Positions 18,919 through 28,348 of a stretch of DNA of 64,000 bases are shown piece by piece. Position 1 is the stretch's first letter. Each line of letters begins with the position of its first letter. A model generated the notes under the pieces. It saw only the letters and a list, made by a program, of their open reading frames with translations, was not told where the DNA came from and did no database searches. Source of the DNA: Candidatus Methylomirabilis sp. Its GTDB lineage: Bacteria; Patescibacteriota; DYJS01. The DNA is taken from positions 25,951 to 89,950 of the forward strand of contig DYJS01000001.1 in the NCBI GenBank assembly GCA_020723005.1. Direction: 5' to 3'. The position numbers and the translations under genes are program-made.

Positions 18919-21900
18919 ATGAATTTTAAACAAAAAATTTTTTCATTTTTCGCAAGTATGTTGATTTTTTCATCCTCTGCTAAAGCAGAAGATATGGATG
19001 TAAATATCAATGTTAGTGATACAACAACTATATATTCTTCTGTTACAACACCTGTTGATAATTCAGTTGTTTCGTCAGTTCCATTTTTTTCCGGAACTGC
19101 AGGTGCAACATCAACAACTGTTGCAAAAGTTGATCTTTCTTTAAGAGATAATCAAACTGGTTGGTTTTGGGATCCTTCAACAAATTCTTGGAATATTTCA
19201 GAAGTTTGGTTTGTTGCAGAAGGAACAAATTCTTGGAATTTTTCTGGGAATATGCCAACTTGGACAGAGGGAAGAAATTATTCTGTTCGTTCTAGAGCAA
19301 CAGGTGCAAATAGTATCGTTGAAACTCCTGGAGCTGGCAATGATTTTACATATAGAACTACAAATGCTTTAAGAATTTCTCCAGAATATGTTCAATTACA
19401 AAAAGGAACACAATTTACATTTTCTGCATATAATGGGGTTGGAAATTATGTTTGGACAACAAATTCAAATTTTGGCAGAATTGTTCCAGTTGGAACAGGA
19501 TCGGAAGCAGTGTTTGTTGCAGATGAAGTTACAACAAATTCGTATACAACAGTAACTGTTCAAAGTGGAACAGAAAGTGCAACAGCAATTGTTGTCATCA
19601 CAGAAAATTTAGGAAGATTATTGGATTTAATACCAGATTTTTCTACAATTGAAAAAAACTCATCAGTTGAACTTTTAGCTCTTGGAGGATTGAATTCTAT
19701 GAGTTATAATTGGGAAGTTAAAGATGAAAATGGTCAAAATGTTTCTGGATTTCTTCCAAGTTTAACAACGGAAGAAAATACAAATGTTTTTACAGGTCTT
19801 TCAACTGGTGTTTATAGTGTAAAAGTTGTAAATAATGGAGTTTCTGATACATCTTATATTCTTGTTATTGAGCAGGGCTCAAATCTTTTGGAAGTTGATC
19901 CACCACATACAAATCTAGACGAAAATGAAACTTCAAATATAAGTGTTTTAGGTTCTGTTGGAGATGTGAATTGGAGAATTTTAGATACAGAAATTGCAGA
20001 TATAAATGGTTCATCAACAGGAACAACAATAGAAGTTGAGGGTGATGAATATGGATATACACAAGCAGTTGTTTCTGATTCTCTTGGAAATTATGGAGTT
20101 GGTCATATCTCTGTTAATAATTCTGGTTCATCAACACTTTTTTACATTGATCCTAGTACAGCAGTTATTCCTGTTGGATCTGCAGTAAATTTAAGTGTTT
20201 ATGGAGGAGATGGAAGTGTTAGCTGGAGAATGAGTAATCAAACAGTTGGAACAACAAATATTATAGGTGATAGAAGAGCAATTTTTACAGGAGTCTCTGA
20301 AGGTGCAGTTGATGTAACTGTTCAAGATAGTAGTGGAAATGAAGTTGTTTCAAAAATTTTAGTTGTAAAAATTCCACCAATTACTTGCGAAGCAGGTTCT
20401 ACTGAAGTTGAATGTCAGTTTTCTGATACAGAATTATATCTTCTTCCAAATTTTTCTGTTTTACCAATTGGAGGAACTCAAAATTTTACAGCCTACAATG
20501 TTCAAGGAAGTGCAACTTGGGAGTTATCATCAACAGAATTTGGTTCGATTAACCAAACAACAGGAGATCAGGTTACTTTTTCTGCAACACAAATTGGAGA
20601 GCTTGATCTTTCGGTCAGAGATACTGGTGGTAGAGCATCAACAGCAAGAATTATGATTTTTGACCCCCTTGATCCACCACCTTCAAATAGAGAATTTTCA
20701 GTTATTCCAGGTTTTTCTGTTTTATATCCAGGTCAGGTTGTTATAATGGGAATTGCAGGAAGTCAAGAAATTATAAATGAGGGTGTTACTTGGAGCTCTT
20801 TAAATGAATCTGTTGCAATAATAGATCCAACAACAGGAGTTTTAACTGCAGGAGTAATACCAGGAACAACGACAATTATTGCAAGAACTCCTTCTGGAGA
20901 AGAAGCATATGCAACTGTTATTGTTTCAAATCCAAACGATTCGCTTGATGTAAATCCGAAATTTTTAGAATTAGACATAGAAGAAACTGCACAACTTTTT
21001 GTTTCTGGTGGAAGTGGTCCAATTCAATACACATCAACGAATTCAAGCATAGCATCAGTTGATTCAAACGGTGTTGTTCGTGGTGTTTCTGTTGGAAATG
21101 CAACAATTATTGTAACAAGATCTGGAAAGGTTGGTTTTTCAAATATAACAGTTGTTGATCCAAATTCACAAAGCTTTTATTTAACACCATCTTTTTCAGA
21201 AGTTCCAGTTGGATATTCTCAAATTATAGTTCCAAAAAATTTTTCTGGATCGGCAGACAATATAGTTTGGACAAGCTCTGATCCAGCAAATTTTGAAATT
21301 ATAAAATTAACCCCTGAAGATCCAAATTATCAAGTAGGAGCAGTTAAAGTAAATGTTCGTTCTGCAACATATGCAACAATAAAAGCTCAAGACGAATCTG
21401 GAAAAGAGGCAACTGCAACAGTTAGTGGTATTGAAGAAAATCTTGCAGATCTTGTAAATAATCCTTCCTCTGTTTCTTTTTCAAAAGTTGGTGAATGTAT
21501 TACAATTCAAGTTTTAAATAAATCTGCTAATGCGACAGGTTATACTTTTGAATCATCAAATCCAACATATGTTCAGGTTGATGAGAATGGAAGAATTTGT
21601 GCAGTAAATCTTCCAATTTCTGGAACTGCTCAAGTTATAATCACAACAACAGAAGAAGGAACAGGAAGAACAGCAGAAACAGTAGTTACTTTAATTGGGA
21701 CATCAACAAATGATACAGATGGTGACGGAATGCCAGATTGGTGGGAAGATCAATATCCTTGTATGGATAAAAATACATCAGATTGGGACAGAGATTATGA
21801 TAATGACGGATGGAATAATATGGAAGAATATCTTGCAGGAACAAATCCTTGTGATGCTGGTTCAATTCCAACAGATACAGATGGTGACGGAATGCCAGAT

Positions 21901-22218
21901 TGGTGGGAAATTGAAAATGGTTTAGATCCAAATGATCCATCAGACAGAGACGAAGATCCAGATAATGATGGATTAACAAACTTTGAAGAATATCATGATG
22001 TTATTAAAAAATATGGTGGAACAGCAGATCCATTTGATCCTGACACAGATAATGATGGATTTTCAGATGGTGATGAAATGAAAAAATTTGGAACAAATCC
22101 ACTTGTCCCAAATGGCAAAAAAACAAATCCAAATACTGGAACAAGCTCAATAATTATTCTTTTAAGCACATTGATTGCAATCAAGTTTTCAAAAAGCTTA
22201 AAATTTAAAAAACAATAA
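18919..22218 (+). CDS. Large cell-surface protein with multiple Big_2 (bacterial Ig-like) domains, TSP3-like Ca-binding repeats and a C-terminal anchor
   Basis: Has a signal peptide. It carries at least 6 Big_2-like repeats, for example VSGGSGPIQYTSTNSSIASVDSNGVVRGVSVGNATIIVT. The repeat TDTDGDGMPDWWE occurs twice with identical DNA. The C-terminus is NPNTGTSS + TM + KSLKFKKQ. Confidence 0.75.
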   Translation: MNFKQKIFSFFASMLIFSSSAKAEDMDVNINVSDTTTIYSSVTTPVDNSVVSSVPFFSGTAGATSTTVAKVDLSLRDNQTGWFWDPSTNSWNISEVWFVAEGTNSWNFSGNMPTWTEGRNYSVRSRATGANSIVETPGAGNDFTYRTTNALRISPEYVQLQKGTQFTFSAYNGVGNYVWTTNSNFGRIVPVGTGSEAVFVADEVTTNSYTTVTVQSGTESATAIVVITENLGRLLDLIPDFSTIEKNSSVELLALGGLNSMSYNWEVKDENGQNVSGFLPSLTTEENTNVFTGLSTGVYSVKVVNNGVSDTSYILVIEQGSNLLEVDPPHTNLDENETSNISVLGSVGDVNWRILDTEIADINGSSTGTTIEVEGDEYGYTQAVVSDSLGNYGVGHISVNNSGSSTLFYIDPSTAVIPVGSAVNLSVYGGDGSVSWRMSNQTVGTTNIIGDRRAIFTGVSEGAVDVTVQDSSGNEVVSKILVVKIPPITCEAGSTEVECQFSDTELYLLPNFSVLPIGGTQNFTAYNVQGSATWELSSTEFGSINQTTGDQVTFSATQIGELDLSVRDTGGRASTARIMIFDPLDPPPSNREFSVIPGFSVLYPGQVVIMGIAGSQEIINEGVTWSSLNESVAIIDPTTGVLTAGVIPGTTTIIARTPSGEEAYATVIVSNPNDSLDVNPKFLELDIEETAQLFVSGGSGPIQYTSTNSSIASVDSNGVVRGVSVGNATIIVTRSGKVGFSNITVVDPNSQSFYLTPSFSEVPVGYSQIIVPKNFSGSADNIVWTSSDPANFEIIKLTPEDPNYQVGAVKVNVRSATYATIKAQDESGKEATATVSGIEENLADLVNNPSSVSFSKVGECITIQVLNKSANATGYTFESSNPTYVQVDENGRICAVNLPISGTAQVIITTTEEGTGRTAETVVTLIGTSTNDTDGDGMPDWWEDQYPCMDKNTSDWDRDYDNDGWNNMEEYLAGTNPCDAGSIPTDTDGDGMPDWWEIENGLDPNDPSDRDEDPDNDGLTNFEEYHDVIKKYGGTADPFDPDTDNDGFSDGDEMKKFGTNPLVPNGKKTNPNTGTSSIIILLSTLIAIKFSKSLKFKKQ

Positions 22219-22219
22219 A

Positions 22220-22525
22220 TTATAAAATTCCAAGTTCATCTTTTGCATTTTCACTAAGTTTTGAAATCTCCCATGGTGGATCAAATGTAATTTCAACTTT
22301 AACATTTTTTACACCTTCCAATAAAAGCAAAGCAGATTCAACCTGATTTACTAAAAATTCTCCAAATGGGCAAGTTGGAGTAGTTAGTGTCATTAAAATA
22401 ATAATCTCATTTTTTAAGATTTTTACTTCATAAATAAGACCTAAATCAACAATATTTACATTGATTTCTGGGTCGAAAACACTAGAGAGGGTTTTCAAGA
22501 TTTTTTCTTTATTTAAATTTTTCAT
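22220..22525 (-). CDS. DUF59 / Fe-S cluster assembly protein (MIP18/SufT-like)
   Basis: VFDPEINVNIVDLGLIY...TLTTPTCP...FDPPW is the DUF59 signature. Confidence 0.7.
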   Translation of the reverse strand: MKNLNKEKILKTLSSVFDPEINVNIVDLGLIYEVKILKNEIIILMTLTTPTCPFGEFLVNQVESALLLLEGVKNVKVEITFDPPWEISKLSENAKDELGIL

Positions 22526-22554
22526 AAATTTTCATAAAATTTATATTTTTAAAT

Positions 22555-23376
22555 TTAAAAAGTTTTAATCCAAAAATATTTTCCAAAATTAATTTTTTCT
22601 ATCTTCAAATCTCCAAAATGAATGTTGTTTGTTTGAAAAATTTTTTTTAAAATTTTTTTTATAATTTCTTCATCAAAATTTTTGGAATGTAAACTTAAGA
22701 CAACAACTCCCTTCTTTTTTAAAATTTTTGAAACGGAATAAATTAAAGTTTCAAAATTTTTATCAATTTTAAAGTAGCTTGAGTTTGTTCCTTTTCCGAA
22801 AGATGGAGGATCAAGAATCACAAAATCATAAAAACTTTTTCTTCTAAATTCTTTTTCTAAAAATTTTTCAGAATCATCTTTCATCCACCGAATATTTGAA
22901 ATTTTATTTATTTCTGCATTTTTCTTCGCTAAATGAATTGCATGACTTGAAGAATCAACATGTGTTACAATTCCACCTGAAAGGTTTGATGCAATAGATG
23001 AAATTCCAGAATATCCAAAAAGATTTAAAATTTTTGGATTTTTAAGTTTGTTTTTAAAAATTTCGTCGTAAACAAAACCCCAATTTCTCATCTGTTCAGG
23101 AAAAATTCCAATCTGTTTTGTTCCTTCGGAAAATTCTAAAAAAATTTTAAATTCTAAGTTTTTATATTTGTAAAAAATTTCCCAATTTTTTGGAACATCT
23201 TTCCAAAATTTCCAAGTTTTTGTTTCTCCATTGAATTCAGCATCGGCTTTCCAGTTTGAGTTTTCTGGTTTCCAAGTTGCAATAGGTTCTGGCCTAACAA
23301 TTTGAACATCTCCAAATTTTTCAAATTTTTTTCTATTTCCAGAATCAATCAGTTCGTAATCTTTCCAATATGTCAA
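22555..23376 (-). CDS. Class I SAM-dependent RNA methyltransferase, RlmI/RlmK-like (Methyltrans_SAM family)
   Basis: YWKDYELIDSG...FEKFG...VRPEP at the N-terminus, LNLFGYSGISSIA (motif I) and FVILDPPSFGKG (motif IV). Confidence 0.65.
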   Translation of the reverse strand: MTYWKDYELIDSGNRKKFEKFGDVQIVRPEPIATWKPENSNWKADAEFNGETKTWKFWKDVPKNWEIFYKYKNLEFKIFLEFSEGTKQIGIFPEQMRNWGFVYDEIFKNKLKNPKILNLFGYSGISSIASNLSGGIVTHVDSSSHAIHLAKKNAEINKISNIRWMKDDSEKFLEKEFRRKSFYDFVILDPPSFGKGTNSSYFKIDKNFETLIYSVSKILKKKGVVVLSLHSKNFDEEIIKKILKKIFQTNNIHFGDLKIEKINFGKYFWIKTF

Positions 23377-23536
23377 AATTTTTTGTAAATCAAATGCAAA
23401 CTATCTTTTTTATAAAAAATTTGCAATTGAAATATATTTTTTTGAAATATTGCTTGGTTAAAGTCTAAAAAAATCAAATAATCTTGAATTTTTAATCTAT
23501 TTTCTTTAGTTTTCAAATGGTCTATTAAATTTTATT

Positions 23537-23734
23537 ATGATAAGAGTTTTTAAAAGTTTATTTTTAATGTATTTATCAGCATTTTTATTGATTTCTGGGG
23601 CTTTTTTATTTTTAGTAATTTGGAATATCATCAAATTTTCTTTTTTCTTATCTCTTTTAACAAAAATAGTTTATACTTTTTTACTTATTGGTGCTTTATC
23701 TGGAATAGTTGCATTTTTCGTAGTAAAAAAATAA
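23537..23734 (+). CDS. Small two-helix membrane protein, hypothetical
   Basis: 65 aa with two strongly hydrophobic segments. It sits in an otherwise empty 430-bp gap. Confidence 0.3.
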   Translation: MIRVFKSLFLMYLSAFLLISGAFLFLVIWNIIKFSFFLSLLTKIVYTFLLIGALSGIVAFFVVKK

Positions 23735-23807
23735 AATACTAATTTTACTTATAAATCTTTTGTATTTTTAGTAATTTTATTTAACTGGTTTTTGATTTTT
23801 CTTTTTT

Positions 23808-24578
23808 ATGACTAATAAAATTTTTTACAAAAATCCTGCAGAGATAAAAACAATGAGTATTGGTGGAAAAATTTTATCTGATATTTTAGGTGAACTTTTG
23901 AGTTTGATAAAAGCTGGACATACTGGAACAATGCTTGAACATCGTGCAGATGAGTTGATTAAAAAAAATAATGTTCAAAATGCTTTCAAAGGTTATCATG
24001 GTTTTCCAAATCATTTGATTGTTTGTATAAATGAAGAAACGGTTCATTGTTTTCCAACTGAAAGAGAGTTTAAAGAAGGTGATGTCGTAACACTTGATTT
24101 TGGAATAAAATACAAAGGATATTTTTGCGATATGGCAAGAACAATTGTGATTGGAGAAAATACAATTGGACAAAAAATGATAAACTCTGCAAAAAGAGGT
24201 TTTTGGAATGCTTTTGAAGTTTGTATACCGGGAAGAAAATTGATTGAAGTTGGGGAAAAAATTTTTGATTCTGCAAAAAAAGATGGTTTTGGAATTGTTC
24301 GTCAAACGACAGGGCATGGAATAGGAAAAAATCTTCATGAAGATCCAATAATTTTTAATTTTCCACACCATAGTATGGAAAAAGTTGTTTTAAAAGAAGG
24401 GATGGTGATCTGTATTGAGCCAATTTTAACTGAAAAATCTCCAGAAATTGTTGAATCTGATGATGGTTGGAGAATCACAACAAAAGATGGTGGACTCTCT
24501 GTTCACTATGAGAACATGATTGCAATTACAAAAAGTGGTCCAAAAATTTTAACTGAACTTGATGAAACAAAAGTTTAA
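23808..24578 (+). CDS. map: Methionine aminopeptidase, type I
   Basis: Pita-bread fold motifs HGFPNHLIVCINEETVHCFP, DVVTLDFGIKYKGYFCDMARTIVIG and HGIGKNLHEDP. Confidence 0.9.
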   Translation: MTNKIFYKNPAEIKTMSIGGKILSDILGELLSLIKAGHTGTMLEHRADELIKKNNVQNAFKGYHGFPNHLIVCINEETVHCFPTEREFKEGDVVTLDFGIKYKGYFCDMARTIVIGENTIGQKMINSAKRGFWNAFEVCIPGRKLIEVGEKIFDSAKKDGFGIVRQTTGHGIGKNLHEDPIIFNFPHHSMEKVVLKEGMVICIEPILTEKSPEIVESDDGWRITTKDGGLSVHYENMIAITKSGPKILTELDETKV

Positions 24579-24678
24579 AATTTTTTTTAATTAAAATAAA
24601 AATTCAATTTTTATAAAACTCTTGACATAAAAAAAAAAGCATTTAGAAGTTTCACGAATTATTTTTAATAAATTTCAA

Positions 24679-25146
24679 ATGAAAAAATTATTTTTTTTAA
24701 TGGCTTTTTCTTTAGTGTCTTCACTTTCTGTTGTTTCATTTGCACAAACATCAACTCCAACAAGTGGTGTTTCTATTGAATCAATAGATGGAAGAACAAT
24801 AACATCGGACTCTCCTGTTGAAACAACATCAGGATTTCCAAGATTTTGTGGAACATCAAACTACCCAGCTTCATCAGTTCAGGTTAGAGTTGATGGTGTT
24901 GTAGTTGGAAATGTTACGACAGACTCTTCTGGAAATTGGTGTTATACACTTGTTAATGAAGTTTCGGAAGGTTCTCACACATTTTCAGTAACAGTTGTTT
25001 CTGCAGCAGTCACAGATCAAGTTTCTTTTTCAAGAGTAGATAAATTAACAGATACAGGTTCAGAAATAATGATCGCTTTGGCAATATCTTTTGCAATATT
25101 TCTAACATCTGTTGGTGGATATTACTACTTTAAAAGAGTAAAATAA
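24679..25146 (+). CDS. Exported protein with a C-terminal TM anchor and basic tail
   Basis: Signal peptide MKKLFFLMAFSLVSSLSVVSFA. The C-terminus reads ...KLTDTGSEIMIALAISFAIFLTSVGGYYYFKRVK. Confidence 0.5.
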   Translation: MKKLFFLMAFSLVSSLSVVSFAQTSTPTSGVSIESIDGRTITSDSPVETTSGFPRFCGTSNYPASSVQVRVDGVVVGNVTTDSSGNWCYTLVNEVSEGSHTFSVTVVSAAVTDQVSFSRVDKLTDTGSEIMIALAISFAIFLTSVGGYYYFKRVK

Positions 25147-25165
25147 GATTTTTAAAATAGAGATT

Positions 25166-25197
25166 TAAAAAGCAGTCGCGAGACTGCTTTTTTTATT
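25166..25197 (+). terminator. Rho-independent terminator
   Basis: aaaaAGCAGTCgcgaGACTGCTttttttt is a 7-bp GC-rich stem with a 4-nt loop and a T7 tail. Confidence 0.6.
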
Positions 25198-25236
25198 TTG
25201 TAATAAATTTTTTAATATTTTTTTTTATAAAAACTC

Positions 25237-25256
25237 TTGACTTCTCTCTCTAAAAT
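25237..25256 (+). promoter_or_regulatory. Promoter-like element TTGACT-(TC)4-TAAAAT, copy B of the recurring motif with a shortened repeat
   Basis: AAAACTCTTGACTTCTCTCTCTAAAATCAAATTTCAAAAAG. Only 8 nt separate the two hexamers, against 14 nt in copies A and C. Confidence 0.45.
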
Positions 25257-25401
25257 CAAATTTCAAAAAGATAATTTTTGAGAAGATTTTAGAATTAAAG
25301 AAAAATATGCTTGATCTTAATTCTTTTTTTAATGATTTAAAAGAACAAATAGTTGGAACTTTTAAAGAAAAAATGTCAGTTTTTTAGAAAAATTTCTTTG
25401 T

Positions 25402-25767
25402 TTGTCATTGGCACCTTTTATTATTCTATACTGGAGAAATGAAAACAGAAAATATAAAGATGTTTCAGAAATAGGAATAAAAATTCAAAATTTAGAAAAA
25501 TTAACTAAAAATATATTTGATTATTTAATTTTTGCAAAAGATCCAAATGATACTTATCAGTTTAGAAAAAACAAAGACACAGCATTCACTGAAAAATTTA
25601 AAGAATTTAAAGAAACAACTGACGAAATTATTAAATTACTGCAAAATCCTCAGAAAAATTTTTTAGATCAAAATTTTTCTTTATTAGAACATATAAAAAC
25701 TACTCTCGCAAATCTTAGATTAAGATTAATGGGAATATTCCAGAAAATGAACTGCTCGTTGCATTAA
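25402..25767 (+). CDS. Hypothetical protein; possibly the 3' part of a gene frameshifted at a T6 run (25380-25385)
   Basis: TTG-start ORF of 121 aa. An upstream 26-codon ATG ORF (25307..25387) would fuse to it if one T were inserted. Confidence 0.3.
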   Translation: MSLAPFIILYWRNENRKYKDVSEIGIKIQNLEKLTKNIFDYLIFAKDPNDTYQFRKNKDTAFTEKFKEFKETTDEIIKLLQNPQKNFLDQNFSLLEHIKTTLANLRLRLMGIFQKMNCSLH

Positions 25768-25864
25768 AACCAAGAAGAGTTGAACGATTTAAAAAATTTC
25801 TTAGAAAAGTTATTTAATTTTGAAATTATAGAACAACCAAAAAGAGAATAAATTTTTTATCTTT

Positions 25865-27640
25865 TTACTTTTTCTCAATCTCTATTTTCAATTCTTTTAA
25901 CTGCTTTTCCATTGCTTCGTTTGGGGAATTCATCATTGGGTCAAAACCTTTTGCATCTTTTGGAAATGCAACTATATTTCGAACATTTGTTTCACCAGTT
26001 AAAATCATCAAAATCCTTTCCATTCCAATTCCAGCTCCAGCTGTTGGTGGTGCTCCAAACTTGAAAGCCTCCAACATATGTCCAAATTTTTCATGAATTT
26101 CATTTTCTGAATATCCTAAAATTTGAAAAATAAAATTCAAAATTTCGCGATCATAATTTCTTTCTCCACCAGATAAAAGTTCGTATCCATTACAAACGAT
26201 GTCATATTGTTTTGCTTTTACTTGTAGCAATTCTTCTTTGCTCATTTTTTTCAGTTCAGAAATAGTTGCATCTGGTTTTGAAAAAGGATTGTGCTTGATA
26301 TCCAAATTTCCTTCATCGTTTAGTTCAAAAAATGTAAAATCTGTCACCCACAAAAATGCTAAAATATTTTCATCAACAAGTTTTAAATCTTCTCCAAGTT
26401 TTCTGCGAATTTTATCAAGATATAAACAAGATTTTTCAAAATCATCATCGGCAATAAAAAACAATAAATCACCGTTTTCAGTTTTTGTTCGTTCAATCAG
26501 CTTTTTTTGTAAATTTTCTGAAAAAAATTTTGAAATTCCTCCTTGCAAATTTCCATTTTCAATTTTTACAAAAGCAAGTCCACTAGCCCCAAGATCTTTT
26601 GCATATTTCTCGTATTCTTCAACCTTTGTTCGTGAGAAAAATTTTGAAGATTTTGGTGCTTGGATCGCTCGTACAAATTTTTTAGGTTTAAAGGTAGAAA
26701 AATCTGATGCATCTATGATATCTTTTACATCAAAAATTTCTATATCATATCTTAAATCTGGTTTGTCTGAACCGTATCGATTCATAACTTCTTCGTAAGA
26801 ATAAACTGGAATTGGAGTTTTCCAAATTTTTTTATTTGAAAGTTCTGAAATCATTTTTTCGTAAAATTCTGAGAGAATCTCAAAAATATCTTTTTGTGTT
26901 GCAAAACTCATCTCAATATCAAATTGATAGTGATCTCCGTAAAGTCTATCTGCTCTTGTGTCTTCATCTCGGAGGCAAGGAGCAACTTGAAAATATCGGT
27001 CGAATCCAGCAATCATTAAAAGTTGTTTATATTGTTGTGGAGATTGTGGAAGTGCATAAAAATTTCCCGGATAAATTCTAGATGGAACAAGAAAATCTCT
27101 TGCACCTTCTGGTGTTGAACTTGTGAGGAGTGGTGTTTGCACTTCTAAAAAACCTTTTTCGTAAAAAAATTTTCTCGCAAATTCAATTAGTTTGTGGCGA
27201 AATTCCAAAGTTTTTAGAATTTTTTTATTTCGCAAGTCAAGGTATCTATATTTCAAACGGAGGGTTTCGTTAGTTTCGTAAGATTTATCAATTTCAAAAG
27301 GTAATGTTTCACTTGCGGAAAAAATTTTTAAATTTTCTGCATCAAGTTCAATTTCTCCAGTAGCAAGTCGAGGGTTTGGGCTTGCAGTTCGCTTTAAAAC
27401 TTTTCCAGTTACGGAAATCACAGATTCATTTTTTAATTTTTGTGCTTCTTCGAAACAATTTTCTTCTGGCCGAACAGTAACTTGTGTAATTCCGTATCTA
27501 TCGCGAAGATCAATAAAAATTAAACCTCCATGGTCACGAATAGAATCAACCCAACCAACCAGTGTGACATCCTCATTAACATTTTCGATTCTTAATTCAT
27601 CGCATGTATGTGTCCGTAAACTTGTTTTAAACTTACTCAT
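25865..27640 (-). CDS. aspS: Aspartate--tRNA ligase
   Basis: 591 aa. N-terminal anticodon-binding OB fold (VTLVGWVDSIRDHGGLIFIDLRDRYGITQV) and class II motifs, including GAPPTAGAGIGMERILMIL. Confidence 0.9.
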   Translation of the reverse strand: MSKFKTSLRTHTCDELRIENVNEDVTLVGWVDSIRDHGGLIFIDLRDRYGITQVTVRPEENCFEEAQKLKNESVISVTGKVLKRTASPNPRLATGEIELDAENLKIFSASETLPFEIDKSYETNETLRLKYRYLDLRNKKILKTLEFRHKLIEFARKFFYEKGFLEVQTPLLTSSTPEGARDFLVPSRIYPGNFYALPQSPQQYKQLLMIAGFDRYFQVAPCLRDEDTRADRLYGDHYQFDIEMSFATQKDIFEILSEFYEKMISELSNKKIWKTPIPVYSYEEVMNRYGSDKPDLRYDIEIFDVKDIIDASDFSTFKPKKFVRAIQAPKSSKFFSRTKVEEYEKYAKDLGASGLAFVKIENGNLQGGISKFFSENLQKKLIERTKTENGDLLFFIADDDFEKSCLYLDKIRRKLGEDLKLVDENILAFLWVTDFTFFELNDEGNLDIKHNPFSKPDATISELKKMSKEELLQVKAKQYDIVCNGYELLSGGERNYDREILNFIFQILGYSENEIHEKFGHMLEAFKFGAPPTAGAGIGMERILMILTGETNVRNIVAFPKDAKGFDPMMNSPNEAMEKQLKELKIEIEKK

Positions 27641-27833
27641 CTTAATAAATTTAATTTTTTAAAATTTTTTATCTCTTGTGAAAACAGAGATTTTTTTATT
27701 TTTTCTTCAAAATTTTTTATCTTTTAAAACATCTTCTGTTAAATCAATATCTATTCCAGAAAGTTCTGGCCCAAACTTTCCTTCTTTACTATTGGATGAA
27801 TTTATAATTAAATTTTTTTCATATTCTACATCT

Positions 27834-28238
27834 TTAACCTTTCAATTTTTTCATCACTTCTTCAAAACCTGTTTTAACCTTTTTATTTTTTGATCCAATC
27901 CACATATCCAATCCATCGTTCGGAAATCTTGGGATAATATGAAAATGAAGATGAAAAACTGTTTGCTGTGCATCAGCTCCACTAGCATTTATAATATTTA
28001 TTCCAGAACAACCTAGTTTTTCTTTTAAAAGTTTTGCAGTATTTTGAATTGTTTGCATCAAATCTTTCATAGAATCTTCGTTTAGATCAAAAATATTTTC
28101 TGCAAAAGTTTTTGGAATTACCAAAGTATGTCCAGCAACAACTGGATTTATGTCCAAAAATGCTAAACTTTTTTCAGTTTCTAAAACTTTGTAAGCAGGA
28201 ATTTCTCCATTTATAATGCTTGTAAAAATTGTATTCAT
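27834..28238 (-). CDS. HIT-family (histidine triad) nucleotide hydrolase
   Basis: IFTSIINGEIPAYKV...HTLVIPK and the HLHFHIIPR histidine triad. Confidence 0.8.
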   Translation of the reverse strand: MNTIFTSIINGEIPAYKVLETEKSLAFLDINPVVAGHTLVIPKTFAENIFDLNEDSMKDLMQTIQNTAKLLKEKLGCSGINIINASGADAQQTVFHLHFHIIPRFPNDGLDMWIGSKNKKVKTGFEEVMKKLKG

Positions 28239-28348
28239 TTTTATAAATTTAATTTTTTTAAAAATTTTTTGGCAAAATGTTAAATTGCTATATTTTGTTT
28301 TTTAAATTTAATTTTTGTTCTTTTTATATTTATTTTGTATTTAATATT

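Noticed and set aside
21686-21979. ORFs 21686..21979(-) and 21695..21925(+) with the repeated peptide MVTECQIGGK
   Set aside because: They lie entirely inside the 1099-aa Big_2 protein gene. They are generated by its exact internal DNA duplication, so they are spurious overlapping frames.
23886-24371. 161-aa and 92-aa minus-strand ORFs
   Set aside because: They are antisense to the confidently identified methionine aminopeptidase.
24619-24650. A fourth copy of the (TC)n promoter element upstream of 24679
   Set aside because: It shares only the TTATAAAACTCTTGAC -35 region. There is no (TC)n tract and no conserved CAAAYTTCAAGAAG leader, so it looks like an ordinary sigma70-type promoter.
26199-26798. 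199-aa plus-strand ORF
   Set aside because: It is antisense to the well-supported aspS gene. Its S/F/K-rich composition is typical of antisense frames in AT-rich DNA.
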